Source: Dehalococcoidia bacterium
GTDB lineage: Bacteria; Chloroflexota; Dehalococcoidia; Bin125
Length of the DNA stretch: 64,000 nucleotides
Direction of reading: 5' to 3'
Assembly (NCBI GenBank): GCA_963555985.3
Contig: OY820591.1
Span: forward strand, 800,001 to 864,000
The notes beneath the pieces are model-generated. The model was given only the letters and a program-made list of their open reading frames with translations. It had not been told where the DNA came from and did not search any database. The translations under genes and the position numbers were made by a program. The first letter of the stretch is position 1; each line of letters opens with the position of its first letter. Shown here piece after piece: positions 28,690-37,906 of this stretch.

Positions 28690-29619
28690 ATGTTACGGCC
28701 GGCGCTGATCTGGCTCTCACAACAGGACTGGGCTGAACGAGGTGCCCGCGCGGCCGGGATCGAGCGCCTCCTGGTACGCCGCTTCGTCGCCGGGGACCAG
28801 AGAAGAGACGCGCTGGCAGTCGCCCGGACCGTGTCCCAACCATCGGATGGCACGCCGGGAGCGAACGCGAAGTTCTCCTTCCTGGGCGAGGCCGTCACCG
28901 ATCCGGCCGACGCAGAGCGGGCCGTCGCCGAATACTGCGCGCTGCTGGCCGACATCGGCGAAGCCTCGGAGCTCGATCTGCGGGTCGGGGTCAAGCCGAC
29001 CCTGCTGGGCTTGCAAATCTCATACGCGACGGCGGAGCGGGGCTTGCTCCAGATCGTCGAGACCGCCGCCGGCCACGGCGTGCGGGTCGAAGTCGACATG
29101 GAAGCCTCCGAGACCGTGGACGCAACGCTGGATCTGTATCGCGTGGCGGCGGGAAGGTCGGAGCGCACCGGAGTCGCCCTCCAGTCCTACCTGCGCCGCA
29201 CCCCCGAAGACGCCCAGCGATTGATCGACGAGGGCATCGCACGAGTGCGCCTGGTCAAAGGCGCATACAGCGAGTCGAACCGGATCGCCTACAGCAACAC
29301 CCCGGCGATCCGCCGCGCCTACATCACCCTCTTGGAGCAGCTCTGGCGCGCCGGAGCCGATGTCGGTGTCGCCACCCACGATCCGGCCTTGCATCGCGCC
29401 GCGCGGCGGTTGGCGGGAGAGATCGAGCCGACCGGCTACTGGGAGTTCCAGATGCTCTACGGAGTCCGGCCCCAACTCGGAACGGCAATGCGAGCCCGCG
29501 GCGAACGCCTGCGGATCAGCATCCCCTACGGAGCCCAGTGGTACCCCTACCTCATGCGCCGGATCGCAGAGCGACCGTCCAACGCGCTGTTTGCCCTGCG
29601 CGCCGTATTCGGTCGCTAA
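28690..29619 (+). CDS. Monofunctional proline dehydrogenase
   Basis: RRFVAG, VDME, LQSYL, RLVKGAY, ATHD, EFQMLYG and YLMRRIAE. Confidence 0.92.
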   Translation: MLRPALIWLSQQDWAERGARAAGIERLLVRRFVAGDQRRDALAVARTVSQPSDGTPGANAKFSFLGEAVTDPADAERAVAEYCALLADIGEASELDLRVGVKPTLLGLQISYATAERGLLQIVETAAGHGVRVEVDMEASETVDATLDLYRVAAGRSERTGVALQSYLRRTPEDAQRLIDEGIARVRLVKGAYSESNRIAYSNTPAIRRAYITLLEQLWRAGADVGVATHDPALHRAARRLAGEIEPTGYWEFQMLYGVRPQLGTAMRARGERLRISIPYGAQWYPYLMRRIAERPSNALFALRAVFGR

Positions 29620-29633
29620 GAAAGCAAGACAAA

Positions 29634-29681
29634 CTCTCCCCCGCACTGCGGGGGGAGATGTCGCGTAGCGACAAAGGGGGG
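29634..29681 (+). repeat. REP-like double palindrome (CTCCCCC..GGGGGAGATGTC type)
   Basis: CTCCCCCGCACTGCGGGGGGAGATGTCGCGTAGCGACAAAGGGG; related copies at 31163, 47173 and 52075. Confidence 0.85.
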
Positions 29682-29737
29682 TCCGCAGTCCCCCGCAAGC
29701 AATCTCCATAAACCCGACCAGGCCCTACACTCACCCA

Positions 29738-30163
29738 ATGCCTGACGACATCCAATACCTGGTACCCCTCAACGAGATCCAGCACCGCTACGGCGGCGGT
29801 TCCCTCTTTGGCGAGCGCATGGTCGAAATCGACCGCGGCCGGACCGTCTTCGAGCTGCCGATCACGCGCAACACCGCTGGCGGCGCGCGGGGAGGCGTGC
29901 ATGGCGGCATCCTCGCCTCGCTGGCGGATATCGGCGTGGTCGCGGCGGTGCTCTCGACCTGCCGTATGGGTGAGCAGATGCAGGGCACGAGTGAACTGAA
30001 TATCTCCTATCTGCGACCGGCGGTGGGGAAGTTCATTCGCGTGGAGTCAAACGTGATCAAGAAGGGGCGCACGCTTGCCGTGGGTGATGTAGACCTGCTC
30101 TCTGACCAGGGCAAGTTGATCGCGAAGGCGAGAGTGACCTACTCCATCGCGCAGGTGGGTTGA
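29738..30163 (+). CDS. PaaI family thioesterase
   Basis: GVHGGILASLAD and ELNISYLRP. Confidence 0.9.
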   Translation: MPDDIQYLVPLNEIQHRYGGGSLFGERMVEIDRGRTVFELPITRNTAGGARGGVHGGILASLADIGVVAAVLSTCRMGEQMQGTSELNISYLRPAVGKFIRVESNVIKKGRTLAVGDVDLLSDQGKLIAKARVTYSIAQVG

Positions 30164-30167
30164 GCTC

Positions 30168-31103
30168 GTGTCGATTGATCTGGCTCCCGATCTGGCGACG
30201 GCGGCGCTAGCGGCCTGCGGTGTGTCTGGAACCGCCGTTAGCGCGCGGCGGCTCGATGGCGGCGTCTCCAATCTGAGCTGGCGGATCGAACGCGAGGGAG
30301 CGCCGCCGGTCGCGCTGCGGGTGGAGCGTGAGCGCGGCATTTTTCAGCCCTACGACGTGCGCCGCGAGGCTCGCGTGCTGCGCTGCCTGGCCGAGAGCGC
30401 CGTGCCTGTGCCCCGAGTCCTGGGCGAAGCCGGCGCTGAATCGCCCTTCGCAGCGCCCTGCATCGTGCTCGCCTGGATCGACGCACCGCACATGGGACAA
30501 GTGGCGATGACGGCGGACGTGATCGACTCCTACCGAGCCGCTGTCGAGACGATCCACGCCGAGAACTGGCAGAGCCTCGGTCTGCAATTCCTTAATCCGC
30601 CCGATCCCGGTCCCGAGGCGGCCTTGCGCGACCTTGATGCCGTTTATGCGCGGGCGCTCGCGTTCGGCTATGAAACCGACCCGCAGATCACCTATCTCGC
30701 CGAAATCGCGCGTTCGCATCTCCCAGACAGTCCCGCTCCGCGTCTCTGCCACGGCGACATCAACGTCTTCAACTACCTCGTCGGCGACGACGGCCGGATC
30801 GTCGGCGTAGTCGACTGGGAACAGGCGCATCTGGGCGATCCGTTGTCCGACTGGGGCCTGATCACCGCGCTGGCGAGTCTGCGCGGATTGAGCGCCCCGC
30901 CGGAGACGCATCCATTGGCGGCGCCCGCGTTCGCGCGTTCCGGGCGCGAGGCCCGCGATCTGCGCTACTGGATGCTGCACCAGACCTACAAGCTGGCCGT
31001 CATTCACCGCATCTGGTCCGAGATCGGCGATCAGCCGCCCTGGTACAGCTGGGACGACGTGCTGCGCGTGTCGCGCGAAGCTATGAGTTATCTCGAAGCC
31101 TGA
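30168..31103 (+). CDS. APH-family phosphotransferase
   Basis: GGVSN, LCHGD...N and VVDWE..HLGDP. Confidence 0.88.
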   Translation: MSIDLAPDLATAALAACGVSGTAVSARRLDGGVSNLSWRIEREGAPPVALRVERERGIFQPYDVRREARVLRCLAESAVPVPRVLGEAGAESPFAAPCIVLAWIDAPHMGQVAMTADVIDSYRAAVETIHAENWQSLGLQFLNPPDPGPEAALRDLDAVYARALAFGYETDPQITYLAEIARSHLPDSPAPRLCHGDINVFNYLVGDDGRIVGVVDWEQAHLGDPLSDWGLITALASLRGLSAPPETHPLAAPAFARSGREARDLRYWMLHQTYKLAVIHRIWSEIGDQPPWYSWDDVLRVSREAMSYLEA

Positions 31104-31116
31104 GAAAATTCTGAAA

Positions 31117-31210
31117 CTCTCCCCCGCATCCCACGGGAAGCTGTTACCCAACGCCTAAATCCTCTCCCCCCGCATTGCGGGGGGAGAGGTCACGACGTGA
31201 CAAAGGGGGG
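31117..31210 (+). repeat. REP-like palindrome cluster
   Basis: CTCTCCCCCCGCATTGCGGGGGGAGAGGTCACGACGTGACAAAGGGG. Confidence 0.8.
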
Positions 31211-31253
31211 CGACCAATCTCCCCCTCGCACGATCCGACCGCCTCCTAACTCG

Positions 31254-31546
31254 ACTGTGACCCCCGCTACACCCCGCCAACCCCGGCTCCGCCAAAGAAC
31301 TCCTGTACGTATATGATCAACCGCGCCCGATCATCCGTTCACGACCAACCGAGCTCGCCATGACCCCCACAGCCTGTCTGGATAAACCAAGACAAACCCG
31401 GACACACACTCCCAATTTCCGCTCTAAGTATCCCGTAATCCAGACGAATCTGGACAAATCTGGACTATCCAGGACTACCTGTCGCCCAATTTCACGTCCA
31501 CAGCGGCAAATTCGCCTCCCCCGCCCCAAAATTCCCCCGACCGCCC
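31254..31546 (+). repeat. ~290-bp dispersed element, copy 2
   Basis: GAACTCCTGTAC at 31297-31308, TATGAT at 31312-31317, 10-bp units at 31431-31470; homologous to 17907-18198. Confidence 0.9.
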
Positions 31547-32376
31547 TAGCCGAAGCTCGCCAGCAGCTCGATCGCCCGCTGCATCCCCGCCTCGCTCGGA
31601 GAGGCGAGCGAGACCAAACGATCCACTCCCGCCTCGGCGTACTGCTCAACCGCCTCTTCGGTGAGCCGTGCCGGCGGCGTGATCGTGATCTCCAACTCGC
31701 CCAGTTCGGCCGGGCGCTCGGTGTGATCGGCGAGTTCGTTCAGCTGTCGCACATAGTCGGCGGTCTGCTCCGGGTCCTGCGCCCAGCCGTACCAGCCTTG
31801 CCCCCGTTCGACAGCCCGCCGCAGCGCGGCGGTGGAGTGTCCGCCGATGTGAATCGGCACGCCCCCGCCCTGCACGGGCCGGGGATGCGCGTCAATCCCG
31901 GAGAAACTGTTGAATTGACCGGCAAACGCTGGGTCTTCCTGAGTCCAAAGCGCGCGCATCGCGTCAATCGCCTCGTCAGTGCGGCGGCCCCGCTCGGAGA
32001 AGGTCGCGCCGAGCGCCTCGAACTCCGGCTCCAGGTAGCCCGCACCCACGCCCAGAATCATGCGCCCGTTCGAGAGCACATCGGCGCTGGCGAATTCCTT
32101 CGCCACCACGACCGGGTTGCGCTGCGCAATCAGCACAATGCCAGTGCCGAGCATCAGCCGTTCGGTCACCGCCGCCAGATATGTCAGCACGACCGAGGGA
32201 TGCAGGAAGGGCAGGTCAGGCTCCGCCGGAGAGGGCGCGACACGCGGCTTAGGCAGTACCACGTGTTCGCCGCACCAGAGCGATTCAAGTCCCGCCGCCT
32301 CCGCCGACTGCGCCACGCTGCGCAGCACGTCCGGATCCGCGACGCCCGAACCGAGGCCGAAAACGCCGAATTTCAT
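31546..32376 (-). CDS. LLM class F420-dependent oxidoreductase
   Basis: LWCGEHVV, LSNGR..LGVGAGY..EF and PIHIGG. Confidence 0.88.
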   Translation of the reverse strand: MKFGVFGLGSGVADPDVLRSVAQSAEAAGLESLWCGEHVVLPKPRVAPSPAEPDLPFLHPSVVLTYLAAVTERLMLGTGIVLIAQRNPVVVAKEFASADVLSNGRMILGVGAGYLEPEFEALGATFSERGRRTDEAIDAMRALWTQEDPAFAGQFNSFSGIDAHPRPVQGGGVPIHIGGHSTAALRRAVERGQGWYGWAQDPEQTADYVRQLNELADHTERPAELGELEITITPPARLTEEAVEQYAEAGVDRLVSLASPSEAGMQRAIELLASFG

Positions 32377-32403
32377 GGTCTGCTCCTTGCACTGAGAGAT
32401 CGG

Positions 32404-33756
32404 TCAAGACTTGAGCAGCGTGTCAGTGAGGGTGACGTCATAGTTGCCGCTGCGGAATGGCTCGGTCTGGATCACCCGTTGCAGGAAAGGCACGTTGTGC
32501 TTGAGGCCGTCGATCCGCGTGTCCTCCAGCGCCTCCGCAAGTCGTTCGAGTGCTTGCGAGCGGTCTGCCCCATGCACAATCAGCTTCGCCATGAGCGGAT
32601 CATAGAAGTGCGAAACATCGTCGCCCGAAGCCACACCGGCGTCGAGCCGAAGCCAGTCGCGCTCGGGGACTTCGAGCGTGTCGATCGAGCCCGGCGAGGG
32701 CAGCAGCGTCTCGGGGTCTTCGGCATACAGCCTCGTCTCTATTGCATGACCCGAGATCGGCGGCGGATCGCCGTAGCCCGGCAACTCCGAGAGCGGCTCG
32801 CCGGCGGCGATCCGCAACTGCCACTCCACCAGGTCAAGCCCTGTCACCATCTCGGTCACCGGGTGCTCAACTTGCAGGCGAGTGTTCATTTCGAGGAAGA
32901 AGATCTCGCCCGACGCATCCAGCAGACATTCGACCGTACCCGCGTTGCGGTACTGGAGACCGCCGACGGCGGCGCGAACCTGCGCGTAGAGCCGTTCACG
33001 CAGCGCATCGGTCAACTGTGGAGCCGGCGCGGGCGCCTCCTCAATCACTTTCTGATGCCGTCGCTGAACCGAGCACTCGCGGTCGCCGAGGATGACCGCC
33101 CCGCCCTGCCCGTCTCCGAAGACCTGCAACTCAATGTGGTGCGGCTCGACCAGCAGCCGTTCGAGGTAGACCTCGCCCGATCCGAAGGCGCGCTCGGCGG
33201 AAGAGCGCGCGCGGCGAAGCGAGCGGGCGAACTGCGCTTCGCGGCGCACGGTCGCCATGCCGATCCCGCCGCCGCCGTAGGAGGCCTTGATCAGCAAGGG
33301 GTAGCCAACCTCGGCGGCAATCGCTTCGGCGTCTTCGTCGTCAACTGTGGCGGCCGAGCCCGGGATCACGGGCATACCCAGTTCGCGCATCGTCGCGCGG
33401 GCCTGGTTCTTGTTACCCATCAGCTCCATATGCTCAGGCGCGGGACCAATGAAAGTGATCCCGCGGGCCTCACAGGCTTGGGCGAAGTGCGCGTTTTCGG
33501 AGAGTAGGCCGTAGCCCGGATGCACGGCGTCGCAGTCGGCGTTGACGGCCGCGTCGAGCACGGCCTCGACGTTGATGTAGGACTCGGCGACGGGTGCCGC
33601 ACCGATGTGAGTCGCGCCGTCCGCTTCGCGGACATGCAGCGCGTCGGCGTCGGCGACGGAATAGACGGCATGGGAGGTGATCCCCAGCCGTCGGCAGGTA
33701 CGGGAGACGCGGGCGGCGATCTCGCCGCGGTTGGCGATCAGAACGCGGCGGAACAT
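32404..33756 (-). CDS. Biotin carboxylase subunit
   Basis: IANRGEIA, HPGYG, RECSVQRRHQK and EMNTRLQVEHPVTE. Confidence 0.93.
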   Translation of the reverse strand: MFRRVLIANRGEIAARVSRTCRRLGITSHAVYSVADADALHVREADGATHIGAAPVAESYINVEAVLDAAVNADCDAVHPGYGLLSENAHFAQACEARGITFIGPAPEHMELMGNKNQARATMRELGMPVIPGSAATVDDEDAEAIAAEVGYPLLIKASYGGGGIGMATVRREAQFARSLRRARSSAERAFGSGEVYLERLLVEPHHIELQVFGDGQGGAVILGDRECSVQRRHQKVIEEAPAPAPQLTDALRERLYAQVRAAVGGLQYRNAGTVECLLDASGEIFFLEMNTRLQVEHPVTEMVTGLDLVEWQLRIAAGEPLSELPGYGDPPPISGHAIETRLYAEDPETLLPSPGSIDTLEVPERDWLRLDAGVASGDDVSHFYDPLMAKLIVHGADRSQALERLAEALEDTRIDGLKHNVPFLQRVIQTEPFRSGNYDVTLTDTLLKS

Positions 33757-33762
33757 GGCGAG

Positions 33763-33978
33763 CTATTCGGCGATCGTGACGAGCGTGTCGCCTTCCTGCA
33801 CCTGATCGCCTTGCGCAATGTGAATCTCCGCCACACTGCCGTCGATCGGGGCTTCGACCGGGATCTCCATCTTCATCGATTCGAGAATGACGAGTTCGTC
33901 GCCCTCTTCGACCGCGTCGCCGACTGCGGCGATCAACTCAAAGATGGTGCCCGCCATCGGCGACTTCACCTCAGCCAT
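33763..33978 (-). CDS. Stand-alone biotin carboxyl carrier protein
   Basis: ESMKME biotinylation motif, 71 aa. Confidence 0.92.
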   Translation of the reverse strand: MAEVKSPMAGTIFELIAAVGDAVEEGDELVILESMKMEIPVEAPIDGSVAEIHIAQGDQVQEGDTLVTIAE

Positions 33979-34087
33979 GTTTGCGCCCCCTGTCTCACTT
34001 GCTCAATCGTGTCCGCTTGGATGGTGGCCTACAGTATGGGCTGACGCGCGCCTACAGGCGAACGCGCGTCAGCGGGGGAGGACGCAG

Positions 34088-34276
34088 ATGCGGCGTGAAC
34101 TGGTCGAGCGGCTGGTCTGTCCGGTCACGCGCGAGCCGTTGGAGTTGGAAGTGGAGCAGGAAGGGGAGGACGGCGAGGTGCTCAGCGGCTGGCTCTACTC
34201 CGCAGCGCTCGATTTCCGCTACCCGATTGAGGATGGAATCCCCAACCTCTTGCCGCCGGATATGCAACGACGCTGA
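34088..34276 (+). CDS. Trm112 family protein
   Basis: LVCPVTREPL..YPIEDGIPNLLP. Confidence 0.88.
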   Translation: MRRELVERLVCPVTREPLELEVEQEGEDGEVLSGWLYSAALDFRYPIEDGIPNLLPPDMQRR

Positions 34277-34293
34277 AGACAAGATCGACCGAG

Positions 34294-34827
34294 ATGCGGC
34301 TCGAACTGCCCAACGGCGTTGTGCTCCGGCCTTGGGACGCCGCCTGGCGCGACGGCGACCAAGAGCGGTTCCTGACCCTTGCCGACGACTATGACGTCTG
34401 GATCAATCTGCGCGATCGCTTTCCCCATCCATACACGCGAGCCGACGCTGAGTTCTGGGTCGCGCTCAACTCGGATCAGGATCCGGTGACGCAGTTCGCC
34501 ATCTGCGACGCGGCGGGCCCGATCGGCGGCATTGGCTTGGATCTGCGCGAAGCCGACTATCGGCACTCAGCCGAGGTCGGCTACTGGCTGGGGCAGCCGT
34601 TCTGGGGTCGCGGGATTGCGACTCATGCGCTGCGAGCGGTGACCGCGTACGGCTTCGAGCGGCTTGGCCTCATCCGGATCGAAGCGCATGTGAAGTCGGG
34701 CAACGACGCTTCAGCGCAGGTGCTGCTGAAGCAGGGATACGAGCAGGAAGGGCTGCTGCGCAAAGCCGCGCTCAAAGAAGGCGTGCCGGTGGACTATCTG
34801 ATCTTTGCCGTCTTGCGCGAGGAGTGA
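34294..34827 (+). CDS. GNAT family N-acetyltransferase (RimJ/RimL-like)
   Basis: EVGYWLG..FWGRGIAT and N.AS..VL.K.GY..EG. Confidence 0.9.
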   Translation: MRLELPNGVVLRPWDAAWRDGDQERFLTLADDYDVWINLRDRFPHPYTRADAEFWVALNSDQDPVTQFAICDAAGPIGGIGLDLREADYRHSAEVGYWLGQPFWGRGIATHALRAVTAYGFERLGLIRIEAHVKSGNDASAQVLLKQGYEQEGLLRKAALKEGVPVDYLIFAVLREE

Positions 34828-34937
34828 GCGGTCAGAGGTCTCGATCTACTTGACCAGAACGGCGGCGCTCTCCCGCGCGTCCACCAATTGACAGACAGCG
34901 CGGCGGAGACTCGGTACGCTCGCTGACAACAGTTGGA

Positions 34938-34967
34938 CTTTAATCCGGTCCCGTGAGGCCGGAAAGG
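34938..34967 (+). promoter_or_regulatory. PyrR-binding RNA element overlapping the pyrR RBS
   Basis: CTTTAA-TCCGGTCCCGTGAGGCCGGA-AAGG matches the UUUAA..GUCCNGNGAGGY..AAGG consensus; ends 8 nt before the pyrR GTG. Confidence 0.85.
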
Positions 34968-34975
34968 ACAACGCG

Positions 34976-35590
34976 GTGACGAATTCCCTCCCGGCTCAGG
35001 GCGTACCACGCGCGCGCGGCGAGTTGCGTGGACGTGAACTGGACGAAGCGGCGCTGACCCGCGCCCTGACCCGGATCGCTCACGAGATCGTCGAACGGCA
35101 TCCCGAACCTGACCCGCTCGTACTGGTGGGAATGCGCACTCGCGGCGTGCCCCTGGCCGAACGTCTGGCGCTGGCGATTGAGCGAATCGACGGACGACAG
35201 ATTCCGGTCGGCGCGATTGACATCTCCCTCTACCGCGACGACCTCGCGCAGCGTCCGCACGCGCGCATCCAACCGAGCCGGATTCCGTTTGATATCGATG
35301 GCGCGACGATCGTGCTGGTGGATGATGTGTTGTTCACCGGGCGTTCGATCCGGGCTGCGCTGGATGCGCTGATCGATTACGGACGTCCGGCGGTGATCGA
35401 GCTAGCGGTGCTGGTCGACCGGGGTCACCGCGAGCTGCCAATTCGAGCCGACTACGTGGGCAAGAACATCCCTACGCGGCGCTCGGACGATGTGCGAGTG
35501 CGTCTCTTTGAGACCGACGACGAGGATGACGTAACGGTGTATGCGGCCAGTCTGGACGCTCGTGGATCGGAGTACCAGCGTGGTCGCTGA
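34976..35590 (+). CDS. pyrR: Pyrimidine operon regulator / uracil phosphoribosyltransferase
   Basis: [20 protein letters not shown] and [17 protein letters not shown]. Confidence 0.96.
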   Translation: MTNSLPAQGVPRARGELRGRELDEAALTRALTRIAHEIVERHPEPDPLVLVGMRTRGVPLAERLALAIERIDGRQIPVGAIDISLYRDDLAQRPHARIQPSRIPFDIDGATIVLVDDVLFTGRSIRAALDALIDYGRPAVIELAVLVDRGHRELPIRADYVGKNIPTRRSDDVRVRLFETDDEDDVTVYAASLDARGSEYQRGR

Positions 35591-36599
35591 ACCCGTGCGC
35601 ATTGGCAACCATGCCTCGTCTGCGCCGCTCGAAAACGCCGAGATGCAGTGGGCACACCGACATCTGTTGGATGTCGATGTGCTCTCGCGCGATGAGATCG
35701 AGCAGGTACTAGATACCGCCCAGGCGATGGCGGAAGTGCTGGAGCGTCCCGTCGCTCGAACGCCCGCGCTGCGCGGAGTGACGGTGTTCAACCTCTTCTA
35801 CGAGGCCAGCACACGCACGCGCGGCTCGTTCGAGCTGGCAGGCAAAGTGCTGGGCGCGGACGTGATCAACCTGACCGGCTCCGGCTCCTCAGTGGAGAAG
35901 GGCGAGTCGCTGGTCAACACGCTGAAGACGCTGGCTGCGGTGGGCGCTGACGTAGTGGTGATGCGGCATCCCGCCTCGGGTGCTCCCTATCTTGCCGCGC
36001 GGACAATCGACGGACACATCATCAATGCGGGCGACGGACAGCACGCGCATCCCACGCAGGCGCTGCTGGATGCCTACATCCTGCGCCGTGAGCTGGGCGA
36101 TCTGGACGGACGACGGGTCGTGATCGTGGGCGACGTCCTGCACTCGCGGGTGGCGCGCTCCAATGTGTGGTCGTTAACGACGTTGGGCGCCGAGGTAACG
36201 CTGGTCGCGCCGCGCTCGCTGGTACCGGTTGGACTGGTGAACGGCACAGCTGATTTGGAACACCCGCTGTCGCTGCCGCCCGTTGAAGTAGAGCCGGATC
36301 TGGATCGAGCAATCGTTGGCGCGGACGCAGTGATGGCGCTGCGCACACAGCGTGAGCGGATGCGCGGGGCGCTGCTGCCGAGCGTGGCTGAATTTGCCCG
36401 CCGCTATCAGGTCACTTCAGAGCGGCTGGCCCAAGCGGCGACGCACGCCGTCTTAATGCACCCAGGGCCGATGAACGAAGGAGTCGAGATCGCCTCGGAT
36501 GTGGCGCATGGGCCGCAGAGTCAGATTGAAGCGCAAGTAGCTGCTGGGCTGGCGGTGCGAATGGCGGTGCTGTTCCTGCTGGTCAGGGGGGCGCCATGA
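35580..36599 (+). CDS. pyrB: Aspartate carbamoyltransferase catalytic subunit
   Basis: [17 protein letters not shown] and MHPGP; start uncertain (35580 or 35643). Confidence 0.95.
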   Translation: MVAEPVRIGNHASSAPLENAEMQWAHRHLLDVDVLSRDEIEQVLDTAQAMAEVLERPVARTPALRGVTVFNLFYEASTRTRGSFELAGKVLGADVINLTGSGSSVEKGESLVNTLKTLAAVGADVVVMRHPASGAPYLAARTIDGHIINAGDGQHAHPTQALLDAYILRRELGDLDGRRVVIVGDVLHSRVARSNVWSLTTLGAEVTLVAPRSLVPVGLVNGTADLEHPLSLPPVEVEPDLDRAIVGADAVMALRTQRERMRGALLPSVAEFARRYQVTSERLAQAATHAVLMHPGPMNEGVEIASDVAHGPQSQIEAQVAAGLAVRMAVLFLLVRGAP

Positions 36600-37906
36600 C
36601 ACACATCCTGATTCGCGGGGGACGGATCATTGATCCGTTGCGGGACATTGACGAGCAGCTTGACGTGTTGATCGAGTCCGATCGGATCGCAGCGACAGGA
36701 AGGCGCTTGGACGCGCCCGGCGCGGAGATCATCGAAGCCGCAGGACTCGTCGTCACACCCGGATTCGTCGATCTGCACACCCATCTGCGGGAGCCGGGGC
36801 AGGAACACAAGGAGACGATTCGCACAGGAGCCGAAGCGGCCGCGCGAGGCGGGTTTACCACCATCTGCGCGATGCCGAATACGGAACCGGCGCTCGATTC
36901 GGCCGCGGTGATCGAGGGGATGCTGGAGCGGGCTCGAGATGCAGCGGTGCGAGTCTTGCCGATCGGCGCAGTCACGGTCGGGCGCAAAGGACGCGAACTG
37001 ACGGAGATGGCCGCCTTGCGCGATGCTGGCGCGGTAGCTGTGTCTGACGACGGCGATGCGGTGGCGGACGCAGCAGTGGCGCGGCGAGCATTTGAGTATC
37101 TCGCCGATCTGGATATGCCGTTGGCAGAGCACTGCGAGCATCCGGCATTGTCGGGCGGTGGCGTGATGCATGAGGGAGTGGTGTCTACCCGGCTCGGACT
37201 GCGCGGGCAACCGACGTCGGCAGAACTGGCGATCGTGCAACGCGACATCGCACTGGCGGAAGCGGCGGGCGCACAGCTGCATTGCTGTCATCTGTCCACT
37301 GAGGCCGCACTCAGCGCCGTCGCCGACGCGAAGGCTCGCGGCGTGCAGGTCACAGCAGAAGTGACGCCGCATCACCTGATGCTGGATCACTCGGCGGTCG
37401 CCGGCAGCGGTCCGCCCTTGGCCTATGACACGAGCGCGAAAGTGAATCCGCCACTCCGTACCGAGGCCGATGTCCGCGCCTGCGTGGATGCGCTGGCGGC
37501 GGGCGTTGTCGATGCGGTGGCGACGGATCACGCGCCTCATGCGGCAGTGGACAAGGATTGTGAGTTTGACACTGCGGCGTTCGGGATTTCGGGACTTGAA
37601 TCGGCCTGGCCGGTTGTGAATACGCTGGTTCAACGCAGCCAGATCTCGCTGCCGGATGCGATTGAGCGACTGACGATTGGCCCGGTGCTGGCTTGGAATC
37701 TTGACCGCGTGGAGCCGGGCTTGGGCACGCTCCAAGTTGGCGCGCCGGCTGATCTCGCTTTGCTCTCCACCGAAACCGTGACTCGGATCGACTCCCAGTC
37801 GTGGGCTTCGATGGGCAAGAACACTCCCTTCAATGGCCATTCGCTGAGCGGTGTGGTCGCACTGACGATCTCGCGCGGGCGGATCGTCTGGGACGGACGC
37901 GAATGA
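36596..37906 (+). CDS. pyrC: Dihydroorotase
   Basis: DLHTHLREPG, MPNT, KVNPPLR and ATDHAPH. Confidence 0.95.
   Translation: MTHILIRGGRIIDPLRDIDEQLDVLIESDRIAATGRRLDAPGAEIIEAAGLVVTPGFVDLHTHLREPGQEHKETIRTGAEAAARGGFTTICAMPNTEPALDSAAVIEGMLERARDAAVRVLPIGAVTVGRKGRELTEMAALRDAGAVAVSDDGDAVADAAVARRAFEYLADLDMPLAEHCEHPALSGGGVMHEGVVSTRLGLRGQPTSAELAIVQRDIALAEAAGAQLHCCHLSTEAALSAVADAKARGVQVTAEVTPHHLMLDHSAVAGSGPPLAYDTSAKVNPPLRTEADVRACVDALAAGVVDAVATDHAPHAAVDKDCEFDTAAFGISGLESAWPVVNTLVQRSQISLPDAIERLTIGPVLAWNLDRVEPGLGTLQVGAPADLALLSTETVTRIDSQSWASMGKNTPFNGHSLSGVVALTISRGRIVWDGRE

Noticed and set aside
31360-33507. Long alternative ORFs (31360-33507, 15070-17649, 41073-43244, 48937-50316, 51-1307)
   Set aside because: These are antisense shadows of well-supported genes, expected in high-GC DNA, and carry no motifs.
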